Source: the human T2T-CHM13v2.0 reference genome, Homo sapiens. Taken from it: 64,000 bases of DNA. The stretch is taken from assembly GCF_009914755.1 (NCBI RefSeq), contig NC_060946.1. One strand, 5' to 3'. Positions 14,601-28,069 of this stretch are shown in pieces (the first letter of the stretch is position 1; every line of letters starts with the position of its first letter). Under the pieces are notes generated by a model. The model did not search any database. It worked only from the letters and a program-made list of their open reading frames with translations, and was not told where the DNA came from. The translations under genes and the position numbers were made by a program.

Positions 14601-17600
14601 CCACTTGCAGATTCTACAAAAAGTGTGTTTCAAAACTGCTCAATCAGAAGACACGTTCAATCTGTGTAATGAATGCACTCATCTCAAAGTAGTCTCTCAG
14701 AATGCTTCTGTGAAATTTTTATGTGAAGATATTTCCTTTTCCACAATAGGCCTCAAAGCGCTCCAAATATCCACTTTCAGATTCTACAAAAAGAGAGATT
14801 CAAAACTGCTCAAAAAAACCCTAGGATAAACTCTGTGAGTTGAATTCACAATTCACGAAGAAGTTTATCAGAATGCTACTGTGTAGTTTTTATTTGAAGA
14901 TTTGTTTTGCACAATCTGCATCAAATTTCTCCAAATATCCAAACGCAGATTCTACAAAAAGAGTGTTTCAAAACTGCTCAATCAAAAGAAAGGATTAACT
15001 CTGTGAGATAAATGCACACATCACAAAGAAGTTTCTCAGAAAGCTTCTGTGTGGTCTTTAAGTGAAGATATTTTCTTTTAAAGAGTAGGCCTCATGCACT
15101 CCAAATATCCACTTGCAGATTCTACAAAAAGAGTGTTTCAAAACTGCTCAATCATAAAATGGGTTCAAAAATGTGAGCTGAACGCACACATCACACAGAA
15201 GTTTCTCAGAATGCTTCTATGTAGTTTTTATGTGAAGATATTTCCTTTTCCACAATAGGACTCAAAATGCCCCAAATATCCACTTGCAGATTCTACAACT
15301 AGAGTGTTTCAAATCTACTAAATCATAAGATAGTTTCAAATCTGTGAGATGAATGCACACATCACAAATATGTTTATCAGAATAATTCTGTGTAGTTTTT
15401 ACATTAAGATATTTCGTTTTCCACAATATGCCTCAAAGCACTCCAAATATCCACTTGCAGATTCTACAAAAATATTGTTTCAATACTGCTCAATCATAAG
15501 ACAGGTTCAACTGTGTGAGATGAATGCAGACATCACAAAGAAGTTTCTCAGAATGCTTCTGTGAAGTTTTTATGTGAAGATATTTGCTTTTCCACAGTAG
15601 GCCTCAAAGCGCTCCAAATATGCACTTGAAGATTCTACAAAAACAGTGTTCCAAAACTGCTGAATCATAAGATAGGTTCAACTCTGTGAGTTGAATGCAC
15701 ACATTGCAAAGAAATTCCTCAGAATGCTTCTGGGTGGTTTTTATTTGAAGATATTTCCTTTTCCTCCATAGGCCACAAAGGGCTCCAAATATCCACTTGC
15801 AGATCCTACAAAAAGAGGGAATGAAAACTGCTCAATGAAAAGATAGGTTCAACTCTGTGAGTTTAATGCACATATCACCAAGTAGTTTCTCAGAATGCTT
15901 CTGTGTAGTTTTTATGTGAAGATATTACCTTTTTCACAATAGGCCACATGGGCTCCAAATATACACTTGCACTTTCTACAAAAAGAGTGTTTCAAAACTG
16001 CTCAATCATAAGATAGGTTCAACATTGTGAGATGAAAGCACACATCACAAAGAAGTTTCTCAGAATCCTTCTGTGTAGTTCTAATGTGAAGATATTTCCT
16101 TTTCCACCATAGGCCTCAAAGCGATCCAAACATCCACTTGTAGATACTACAAAAAGAGTGTTTCCAAACTGCTCAACCAAAAGAAAGGTTCAACTCTGTG
16201 AGATGAAGGCACACATGACCAAGAAGTTCGTCAGATACCTTTTTTGTAGTTTTTATGTGAAGGTATTTCCTATTCCACCATAGGCTGAAAAGGGCTCCAA
16301 ATATCCTCTTGCAGATTCTACAAAAAGAGAAATTCAAAGCTGTTCAATCAAAAGATAGTTTCTACTCTGTGCATTTAATGCACACTTAACAAAGTTGTTT
16401 CTCAGAATGCTTCTGTGTAGTTTTTATGTGAAGATATTCCCATTTCCACTATAGGCCTCAAAGCGCTCCAAATATCCACTTGCAGATTCCACAAAAATAA
16501 AGTTTCAAAACTGCTGAGTGAAAAGAAAGGTTCAAAACTGTGAGATGAATGCACATATTGCACAGAAGTTTCTCAGAATGATTCTGTGCAGTTTTTATGT
16601 GAAGATATTTCCTTTTCCACAATAGGAATCTAAGCACTCCAAATATCAACTTGCAGATTGCACAGAAAGAGTGTTTCAAAACTGCTCAATCAAAAGAAAG
16701 GTTCAACTCTGTGAGATGAATGCACACATCACCATGAAGTTTCTCAGAATTCTTCTGTGTAGTTTTTAATTGAAGATATTCCCATTTCCACCATACGCTT
16801 CAAATGCCTCCAAATATCCACTTGCAGATTCTACAGAAAGAGAGTTTCAAAACTGTTCAATGAAAAGACAGATTCACCTCCATGAGTTGAATGCACACAT
16901 CACAGAGAAGTTTCTCAGAAAGCTTCTGTGTAGTTTTTATATGAAGATATTTCGTTTTTCACAATAGGCTGCATGGGCTCCAAATATACACTTGCACTTT
17001 CTACAAAAAGAGTGTTTCAAAACTGCTCAATCATAAGATAGGTTCAACATTGTGAGATGAAACCACACATCACAAAGAAGTTTCTCAGAATGCTTCTGTG
17101 TAGTTTTTATTTGAAGATATTTCCTTTTCCACCTTAGGCTGCATAGGGCTCCAAATATCCGCTTGCAGCTTCTATAAAAAGAGAGATTCAAAACTGATCA
17201 ATAATAAGATAGGTTCAACCCTGTGAGTCGTATGCACACATCAGAAAGAAGATTCTCAGAAATCTTTTTTGTAGTTTTTATGTGAAGATATTTCCTTTTC
17301 CACAATATGCGTCAAAGTGCTCCAAATATCCAATTGCAGATTGTACAGAAAGAGTGTTTCAAAACTGCTCAATCAAAAGAAAGTTTAAACTTTGTGAGAT
17401 GAAGGAACACCTCACAAAGAAGTTTCTCAGAATGCCTTTGTTTTATTTTAAGATATTTCCTTTTCCTCCATAGCCCGCAAAAGGCTCCAAATATCCACTG
17501 GCAGATTCTGCAAAAAGAGAGATTCAAAACTGCTAAATCAAAAGATAGCTTCAACTCTTTGAATTCAATGCACACATCAGAAAGAAGTTTCTCAGAATTC

Positions 17601-20600
17601 TTGGTGTAGTTTTTATATGAAGATATTTTGTTTTCCATGATAGGCTGCAAAGGGTTCAAAATACTCACTTGCAGATTCTACAAAAACAGAGATTCAAAAC
17701 TGCTCAATCAAAACATATGTTCAACTCTATGTGTTGAATGCACACATTACAGAGAAGTTTCAAAGAATGCTTCTGTGTAGTTTTTATGTGAAGATATATC
17801 CTTTTCCACAATAAGCCACAAAGAGCTCCAAATATCCACTTGCAGGTTCTACAAAAACGGTGTTTCATAAATGCCCAATCATAAGATACGTTCAACTCTG
17901 TGAGATAAATTCACATATCACAAAGAAGTTTCTCAGAATGCTTCTGTGTAGTTTTTGTTTGAAGATATTTCCTTTTCCACCATAGGGTGCAAGGGGCTCC
18001 AAATATCCACTTGCAGATTCTACAAAAAGAGAGATTTAAAACTTCTCAATCAAAAGATAGTTTCAACTCTATGTGTTAAATGCACACATCACAAAGAAGT
18101 TTCTAAGAAAGCTTCTGTGTAGTTTTTATATGAAGATATTTCTTTTTCCACCATAGGCCTAAAAGCACTCCAAATATTCACTTGCAGATTCTACAAAAAG
18201 AGTTTTTCAAAACTGCTCAATCAATAGAATGTTCAACCCTGGTAGATTAATGCACACATCAAAAAGAAGTTTCTCAAAATGCCTCTGTGAAGTTTTCATG
18301 TGAGGATATTTGCTTTTCCACAGTCAGCCTCAAATCACTCCAAATATCCACTTTCAGATACTACAAAAACAGTGTTTCAAGTCTGCTCCATCAAAAGAAA
18401 AGTTCAACTCTGTGAGATGAATGCACACATCACAAAGAAGTTTCTCAGAATATTTCTGAGTAGTTTTAATGTGAAGATATCTTCTTTTCTAAAGTAGGCC
18501 TCAAAGCACTCCAAATATCCACTTGCAGATTCTACAAAAACAGTATTTCAAAACTAATCAATCAAAATAAAGTTTCAACTCTGTGTGGTGAATGCATTCA
18601 TCACAAAGAAGTTACTCAGAATGCGTCCATGTAATTTTTAAGTGAGGATTATGTTTTTCCACAGTAGGCCTCAAAGCACTCCAAATAACCACTTGCAGAT
18701 TCTACAAAAGTGTGTTTCAAATCTCCTCAATAAAAAGAAAGATTCAAATCTGTGAGATGATTGCACACATCACAAAGAAGTTTCTCAGAATGGTTGTGTG
18801 TAGTTTTTATGTGAAGATATTTCCTTTTCCGCAGAAGGTCTCAGAGCTCTCCAAATATCCACTTGCAGATACTACAAAAACAATGTTTCAAATCTGCTCA
18901 TTCGAAAGAAATTTTCAACACTTTGAGATGAATGCACACATCAAAAAAGAGTTTCTCAAAATGCTTCTGTGTAGTTTTTATTGGAAGAAATTTCCTTTTC
19001 CACCATAGGCCAGAAGGGGCTCCAAATATCTACTTGCAGATTCTACAAAAAGAGAGATTGAAAACTGCTGAATCAAAAGATAAGTTCAACTCGGTGAGTT
19101 TAATGCACACATCACAAAGAGGTTTCTCTGAATCCTTCTGCATAGTTTTTATATGAATATTTTTTCTTTTTCACTGTAGGCCTCAAAGCGCTCCAAATAT
19201 CCACTGGTGGATTCTACAAAAAGAGAGACTCAAATCTGCTCAGTCAAAAGAAAGGTTCAACTCTGTGAGATGAATGCACTCATCATGAAGAAGTTTCTCA
19301 GAATGCCTCTGTGTGGTTTTTTTCTGAAGATATTTGCTTTTCCACAGTAAGCCACAGAGCACTCCAAATATCCACTAGCAGATTCCACAAAAACAGTGTT
19401 TCAAAACCACTCAGTCAAAAGAAAGATTCAACTCTTTGAGATGAATGCACACATCACAAAGAAGTTTCTCAGAATGCTTCTATGTGGTTTTTATGTGAAG
19501 ATATTACCTTTTCCACAATAGGACTCAAAGCACTCCAAGTATCCACTTGTAGATTCTACAAAGAGAGTGTTTCAAAACTGCTCAATCATAAGATAGGATC
19601 AACTCTGTGAGATGAATGCACAAATCACAAAGAAGTTTCTCAGAATGCTTCTATGTAGATTTATTTGAAGATATTTCATTTTCCTCCAAAGGTCACAAAG
19701 GGCTCCACATATCCACATGCAGATTCTACAAAAACATAGATTCAAAACTGCTCAATCAGATGAGTTGAATGCTCACATCAAAAGTAGTTTGTCAGAATGC
19801 TTCTGTGTACTTTTTATGTGAAGATGTTTCCTTCTCCACAATAGGCCTCAAAGCCCTCCAAATATCTACTTGCAGATTCTAGAAAAATAGTGTTTCATAA
19901 GTGCTCAATCAAAAGAAAGTTTCAACTCCGTGAGCACACATCAGAAAGAAGTTTCTCAGAATGCTTCTGTGTAGTTTTCATGTGAAGATATATGCTTTTC
20001 TACAGTAGGGCTCAAGTATCTCCAAATACCCACTTGTAGATACTACAAAAAGAGTGTTTCAAAACTGCTCAATCCAAAGAAAGTTTCAACTCTGTGAGAT
20101 GAATGCACATATCCCAAGAAATTTCTCAGTATGTTTCTGTGTAGTTATTACGTGAAGATATTTCCTTTTCCATAACAGGCTTCAAAGCACTCCATATATC
20201 CTTTAGCAGATTGTACAAAAAGAGTGTTTGAAAAGTGCTCAATGATAAGATAGGCAAAAGAGATATTCAAAACAGCTCAATCAAAAGATAAGTTCAACTC
20301 TGTGAGTTGAATGCACACATCTTAAATAATTTTCTCAGAATGCTTCTGCGTAGTCTTTATTAGAAAATATTTCCTTTTCCAAAATAAGCCTCAAACCCTC
20401 CAAATATCCACCTGCAAATTTTACGAAAAGAGTGTTTCGAAACTGCTCAATGATATGATAGTTTCAGTTCTGTGAGATGAGTTCACACATCACAAAGAGG
20501 TTTCTCACAATGCTGTCGTATAGAGTTTATTTCAATATATTTCCTTTTCCACCATAGGCCAATAAGGACTCCAAATATCCAGTTGAAGATTCTACAGAAA

Positions 20601-20950
20601 GAGAGATTCAAAACTGCTCAATCAAAAGATAGGTTCAACACTGTGAGTTGAATGTACTCATCACAACGAAGTTTCTCAGAATGCTTCTGTGTAGTTTTTA
20701 TATGAAGATATTTCCGTTTCCACAATAGGACTCAAATCGCTCCAAATATCCACTTGCAGATTCTGCAAAAGCAGTGTATCAAAACTGCTCAATCAAAAGA
20801 AAGGATCAACTCTGTGAGATGAATGCATACATCTCAAAGTTTCTCAGAATGCTTCTGTGTAGTTTTTGTGTGAACATATTTCCTTTTCTACAATAGGCCT
20901 CAAAGTTCTCCAAATACCCACTTGCAGATTCTACAAAGAGTGTTTCAAAA
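11640..20950 (-). repeat. Divergent monomeric alpha satellite, 'aaatatcc/ctgtgtag' type, with internal block duplications
   Basis: Same ~171-bp unit as 1-5469. The right boundary is approximate (monomer type changes near 20950). Confidence 0.97.
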
Positions 20951-23900
20951 CTGCTCTATCAAAAGAAGTGTTTAACTCTGTGACATGAATGCACACATCA
21001 CAAAGAATTTTCTCAGATTGCTTCTGCCTAGATTTTATATGAAGATATTTCCTTTTCTAAAATAGGCCACAAAGCACTCCAAATATCCACTTGCAGATTC
21101 TACATAAAGAGTGTTTCCAAACTGCTGAATCAAAAGAAAAGTTCAACTCTGTGAGATGAACGAATGCATCACAAAGTGTTTCTCAGAGTTCTTCTGTCTT
21201 GTTTTTATGTGAAGATATTTCCTTTTCCACCATAGGCCTGAAAGTGCTCCAAATGTCCACTTGCAAATTCTACAAAAAGAGAGTTTCAAAACTCCTTAAA
21301 AAAAAGAATGTTCAAACTCTGTGAGATGAATGCACACATCACAAAGAAGTTTCTCAGATTGCTTCTGTCTAGATTTTATGTGAAGACATTTTCTTTTCTA
21401 CCATAGGCCGCAAAGCGCTCAAAATGTCCACTTGCAGATACTACAAAAAGAATGTTTCCAAATTGCTCAATCAAAAGAAAGGTTCTACACTGTAAGATGA
21501 ATGCACACATCTCAAAGAAGTTTAACAGAATTCTTCTGTCTAGTTTTTATGTGAAGATATTCCCTTTTCCACCATAGTCTTCAAAGCACTCCAAATGTCC
21601 AGTTGCAGATTCTGCAAAAAGAGTTTCAAAACTGCTCAATCAAAAGAAAGGTTTAACTCTGTGAGATGAATGCACACATCACAAAGAAGTTTTTCAGATT
21701 CCTTCTGTCTGGATTTTATGTGAAGATATTTCCTATTCTACCAATGACCGTAAAGCGCTCCAAATGTGCACGTGCAGATTCTACAAAACGAGTGTTTCCA
21801 AACTGCTCAATCAAAAGAGAGACACAACTCCGTGAGATGAACACACACATCACAGAGAAGTTTGTCATAATTCTTCTGTGTAGTTTTAAACTGAAGATAT
21901 TTCCTTTTCCACCATAGGCCTCAAAACACTCCAAATGTCCAATTGTAGAATCTACAAAAACAGAGTTTCCAAACTGCTCAATCAAACTAAAGTTTCAACT
22001 CTCTGAAATGAAAGCATTCATCACAAAGAAGTTTCTCAGAATTCTTCTGTCTAGTTTCTATGTGAAGATATTTGCTTTTACACCATAGGACTCAAAGCAC
22101 TCCAAATGTCCACTTGAAGATTCCACGAAAAGAGTGTTTCCAAAATGCTGAATCAATTGAGACGTTCAACTCTGTGAGATGAACGCACACATCATAAAGA
22201 AGTTTCTCAGAATTCTTCTGTCTAGTTTTTATGTGAAGATACTTCCTTTTCTTCCATAGGAATCAAAGGTCTTCAAATGTCCCTTTGCAAATTCTACAAA
22301 TAGAGAGTTTCAAAACTGCGCAATCAACAGAAAGGTTTAATTCTGTAAGACTAATGTACACATCATGAAGAAGTTTCTCAGATTGCTTCTTTCTAGATTT
22401 TATGTGAAGATATTTCCTTTTCTACCATAGGCCGCAAAGCCTTCCAATTTCAGATTCTACAAAAAAAGAGTTTCAACACAGTTCTATAAAAAGAAAGCCT
22501 TAAATCTATGAGATGAATGCATACATCACAATGAAGTTTCTCAGATTCCTTGTGTCTAGATTTTATGTGAAGATATTCCCTTTTCTGTGATAGACCTCAA
22601 AGCACTCCAAATGTCCACTTTCATATTCTACAAAAAGAGGGTTTCCAAACTGCTCAATAAAAAGAAAGGTTTAACTCTGGTAGATGAATACACACATCGC
22701 AAAGATGTTTCTCAGATTGCTTCCGTCTAGATTTTATCTGAAGATATTTCCTTTTCTATTAGAGGCTGCAAAGTGCTCCAAATATCCACTTGCAGATTCA
22801 ACAAAAAGAGTTTTTCCAAACAGCTCTATCAAAAGAAACATTCAACTCTGTGAGATGAATGCACACATCACAAAGAAGTTTCTCAGAATTCTTCTGTCTA
22901 GTTTTTATGTTCCTTTTCCACCATAGGCCTCAAAGTGCTACAAATGTCCACTTGCAGATTCTACAAAAAGAGTGTTTAAAAATTGCTCAATCAAACGAAA
23001 GTTTCAACTCTGTGAGATGAACGCACACATCATAAAGGAGTTTCTCAGAATGCTTCCATATAGTTTTTATGTGAAGATATTGCTTTTTTCATGATTGGCG
23101 TCAAAGAGCTCCAAATGTACACTTGCAGATTCTACAAAAAGAGAGTTTAAAAACTGCTCAATCAAAAGAAAGGTTAAAGTGTGTGAGATGAAGGTGCACA
23201 ACACAAAGAAGTTTCTCAGATTGCTTCTGTCTAGATTTTATGAGAAGATATTTTCTTTTCTACTACAGGCCACAAACTGTCCAAATTTCCCCTGCAGATT
23301 CTACAAAAAGTGTTTCCAAACTGCTCAATCAAAAGAAAATTTCAAATCAGTGAGGTGAAAGCACACATCACAAAGAAATTTTTCAGAATTCTTCTGTCTT
23401 GTTTTTATGTGAAGATATTTCCTGTTCCACCATAGGCCTCAAAACGCTGCAAATGTCCAATTGCAGATTCTACATTAATAGAGTTTCAAAATTGCTCAAC
23501 CAAAAGGAAGGTTTAATTTTGTGAGATGAATGCACACATCACAAAGAAGTTTCTCAGATTGCTTGTGTCTAGATTTTATGCAAAGATATTTCCTTTTCTA
23601 CCATAGGCAGCAAAGCGCTCCAAATGTCCACTTGCAGATTCTACAAAAAGAGTGTTTCCAAACTGCTCCACCATAGGCAACAAAGCACGCCAAATGTCCA
23701 CTTGCAGATTCCAGCAAAAGAGAGATTCAAAACTGCTCAATCAAAAGAAAGGTTTAACTCTTTGAGATGAATGCACACATCACAAAATAGTTTCTCGTAT
23801 TGCTTCTGTCTAGATTTCATGTGAAGATGTTACCTTTTCTACCACAGGCCACAAAGCGCTCCAAATGTCCACTTGCATATTTTACAAAAAGAGTGATTCC

Positions 23901-26900
23901 AAACTTATCAATAAAAAAATGTTCAAATCTGTGAGATGAATGCACACACAACAAAGAAGTTCTCGGAATTCTTCCATCCAGTTTTTGTGTGAAATTATTT
24001 CCTTTTCCACCACAGGCCTCAAAGTGCTACAAATGTACACTTGCAGATTCTACAAAAGGGAGTTTCTAAACTGCTCAATGAAAAGGAAGTTTTAACTCTG
24101 TGAGATGAATGCACACATAACAAAGAAGTTTCTGAGGCTGCTTCTGTCTAGGTTTCATGTGAAAATACTTCCTTTTGTACCATAGGCCACTGAGCGCTCC
24201 AAATGTGCACTTGAAGATTCTACGTTAAGTGTGTTTCCAAACTGCTCAATCAAAAGAAAGGTTCAACTCTGTTAAATGAATGCACACATCACAAAGAAGT
24301 TTGTCGGAATTCTTCTGTCTAGTTTTTATGTGAATAAAACGTCCACTTGCAGATTCTACCAAAAGTGTGTTTACAAATTGCTCAATCAAACGAAAGGTTC
24401 AACTCTGTGAGATGAATGCACATATCACAAAAAAGTTTCTCAGAATTCTTCTGTATAGTTTTTATGTGAAGATATTTCCTTTTCCACCATAGGCATCAAA
24501 GAGCTCCAAATGTTGACTTGCAGATTCCACAAAAAGAGAGTTTAAAAACTGCTCAATCAAAAGAAAGGTTAAAGACAGTGAGATGAATGTACACAACACA
24601 AAGAAGTTTCTCAGATTACTTTCGTCTAGATTTTATGTGAAGTTATTTCCTTTTATACCATATACCACAAAGCGCTCCAAATGTCCAATTGCAGATTCTA
24701 CAGAAAGAGTGATTCCAAACTGTTCAATCAAAAGAAAGGTTCAAATCTGTGAGATGAAGGCACATACCACAAAGAAGTTTCTCAGAATTCTTCCGTCTAG
24801 TTTTTATGTGAAGATATTACTTTTTCCACCATAGGCCTCAAAGCGCTCCAAATGTACACTTGCAGATTCTACAAAAAGAGAGTTTCAAAACTGCTCTATC
24901 AAAAGAAGCATTTCAGTCTGTGAGATGAATGTATACATTACAAAGAAGTTTTCCAGATTGCTTCTGCCTAGATTTTATGTGAACATATTTCCTTTTCAAC
25001 CATACACTGCAAAGCGGTCCAAATGCCCACTTGCAGATTGTACAAAAAGAGTGTTTCCAAACTGCTCAATCAAAAGAAAGTTTGAACTCTGTGAGATGAG
25101 CGAACACATCACAAAGAAGTTTCTCAGAAATCTTCTATCTGGTTTTTATATGAAGATATTTGCTTTTCTACCATAGGCCGTAAATAGCTCCAAATGTCCA
25201 CTTGCAAATTCTACAAAAAGAGAGTTTCAAAACTGCTCACACAAAAGAAACGTTTAACTCTGTGAAATAAATGCACACATCACAAAGTGGTTTCTCAGAT
25301 TGCTTCTGTCTAGATTTTATGTGACGATATTTCCTTTCCTACCACTGACCGCATAGCGCTCCAAATGTCCACTTGGAGATTCTTCAAAAAGAGTGTTTCC
25401 AAACTGCTCAATCAAAAGAAAGGTTCAACTCGGTGAGATGAATGCACACATCACAAAAAAGTTTCTCAGAATTCTTCTGTCTAGTTTTTATGTGAAGATA
25501 TTTCATTTTCCAGTATAAGTTTCAAGGCGCTCGAAATGTCCACTTGCAGATTACACAAAAAGTATATTTCAAAATTGATCCATCAAAAGAAAGGTTCAAC
25601 TCTGGGAGATAAATGCACTCATAACAAATAAATTTCTCAGAATGCTTCTATCTAGTTTTTATGTGAACACATTTCCTTTTCCACCATTGCCCTCAAATCC
25701 CTCCAAATGTCCACTTGCAGATTCTACAAAAGAGTTTCAAAACTGCTCAATCAAAAGAAAGGGTTAACTCTCAGAGGAATGCAGACATCACAATGAATTT
25801 TCTCAGATTGCTTCTTTCTAGATTTTATGTGAAGATGTTTCCGTTTCTACCATAGGCCGCAAAGCACTCCAGTGTCCACATGCAGAGTCTACCAAAAGGG
25901 TGTTTCCAAACTGCTTAATCAAAAGAAAGGTTCAACTCTGAGAGATGAGTGCACACATCATGAAGAAGTTTCTCTGAATTCTTCTATCTAGTTTTTATGT
26001 GGACATTTCTTTTTAGACCGTAGGCCTCAAAGGGCTCCAAATGTCCAATTGCAGATTCTACAAAAAGAGAGTTTCAAAACTTCTGAGTCAAAACAAAGGT
26101 TTAAGTTTGTGAGATGTATGCACATATCACAAAGAAGTTTCTCAGATAGCTTCTGTCTAGATTTTATGTGAACATATTTCCTTTTCTACCATAGGCCTCA
26201 AAGCGCTCCAGATGCCCACCTGCAGATTCTACAAAAAGTGTGCTTCCAAACTGCTCGATCAAAAGAAAGGTTCAGGTATGCGAGATGAACGCACACATCA
26301 CAAAGAAGTTTCTCAGAATAATTTTGTCTAGTTTTTGTGAAGATATATCCTTTTCCACCACAGACCTAAAAGTGCTACAAATGTCCAATTGCAGATTATA
26401 CAAAAAGAGAGTTTCAAAACTGCTCAATCAAAAGAAAGTCTAACTCTGTGATACGAAAGCACACATCACAAGGTAGTTTCTCAGATTGCTTCTATCTAGA
26501 TTTTATGTGAAGATGTTTCCTTTTCTACCATAGACCCCAAATCGCTCCAAATTCCCACTTACAGATTCTACAAAAAGAGTGTTTCCAAAATGTTCAATCA
26601 CAAAAAATGTTCAGCTCTGTGAGATGAAAGCACAAATCAAAAAGAAGTTTCACAGAATTCTTCTGTCTAGTTTTTATGTGAAAATATTTCCTTTTCCTTC
26701 ACAGGACACAAAGCACTCCAAATGTCCAATTCTAGATTATACAAAAAGAGAGTATCAAAACTGCTCAATCAAAAGAAAGTTTTAACTCTGTGAGATGAAT
26801 GCACACATCCAAAGAAGTTTATCAGATTGCTTCTGTCTAGATTTTATGTGAAGATATTTCCTTTTCTACCATAGGCCTCAAAGCGCTCCAAATGTCCACT

Positions 26901-27967
26901 TGCAGATTCTTCAAAAAGAGCGTTTCCAAACTGCTCAATCAAAAGAAAGGTTCAACTCTGTGAGGTGAACGCACACATCCCAAAGAAGTTTCTCAGAATT
27001 CTTCTGTCTAGTTTGTATGTGAAGATATTTCATTTTCCACCACAGGCCTCAAGGAGCTCAAAATATCCACTTGCAGATTCCACAAAAAGACTATTTCAAA
27101 ACTGGTCCATCAAAAGGAAGTGTCAAATCTGGGAGATGAATGCACATATCACAAAGAAGTTTCTCAGAATGGTTTTATCTATTTTTTATATGAAGATATT
27201 TCCTTTTCCACCAAAGGCTTCAAAGCACTCCAAATGTCCATTGTAGATTCTATAAAAAGAGAATTTCAAAACTGCTCAATCAAAAGACAGGTTTAACTCT
27301 GTGAGATGAATGCACATATCACAAATAAGTTTCTGAGATTGCTTCTGTCTAGATTTTATCTGAAGATATTTCATTTCTACTGTAGGCCTCAAAGCATTCC
27401 AACTTCTCACTTGCAGATTCCACAAAGAGTGTTTCCAAACTGCTCAATGAAAAGAAAGTTCAACTCTGTGTGATGAATGCACACATCACAAAATATTTTC
27501 TCAGAATTCTTCTGTCTAGTTTTTTGTGAAGATATTTCCTTTACCACCATAGGCCTCAAAGTGCTCCAAATGTCAAATTGCAGATCCTACAAAAAGACTG
27601 TTTCCAAACTACACAATCAAAAGAAAGTTTCAACTCTGTGAGATGAAAGTACAAATCACAAAGAAGTTTCTCAGAATTCTTCTATCTACCTTTTATGGGA
27701 AGATATTTCCTTTTCCACCATAGGCCTCAAAGCACTCAAAATGTCCACTTGCAGATTCTACAAAAAGAGAGTTTCAAAATTGCTCAATCAAAAGTAAGTT
27801 TTAACTCTGTGAGGTGAATGCACACATAACAAAGAAGTTTATCAGATTGCTTCTGTATAGATTTTATTTGAACATGTTTCCTCTTCTACCCTAAAGCACT
27901 CCAAATGTCCACTTGCAGGTTCTACAAAAAGAGTGTTTCCAAAATGCTCAATCAAAAGAAAGGTTCA

Positions 27968-28069
27968 CAGCGCACCAGCATGGCACATGTATACATATGT
28001 AATTAACCTGCACAATGTGCACATGTACCCTAAAACCTAAAGTATAATAAAAAAAGAAAAGAAAAAAAA
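27968..28069 (+). mobile_element. Severely 5'-truncated young L1PA (last ~80 nt of the 3'UTR plus A-tail) with 14-bp TSD
   Basis: cagcgcaccagcatggcacatgtatacatatg...taaagtataat followed by an A-rich tail. Identical TSD aaaagaaaggttca at 27954-27967 and 28070-28083. Confidence 0.96.
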
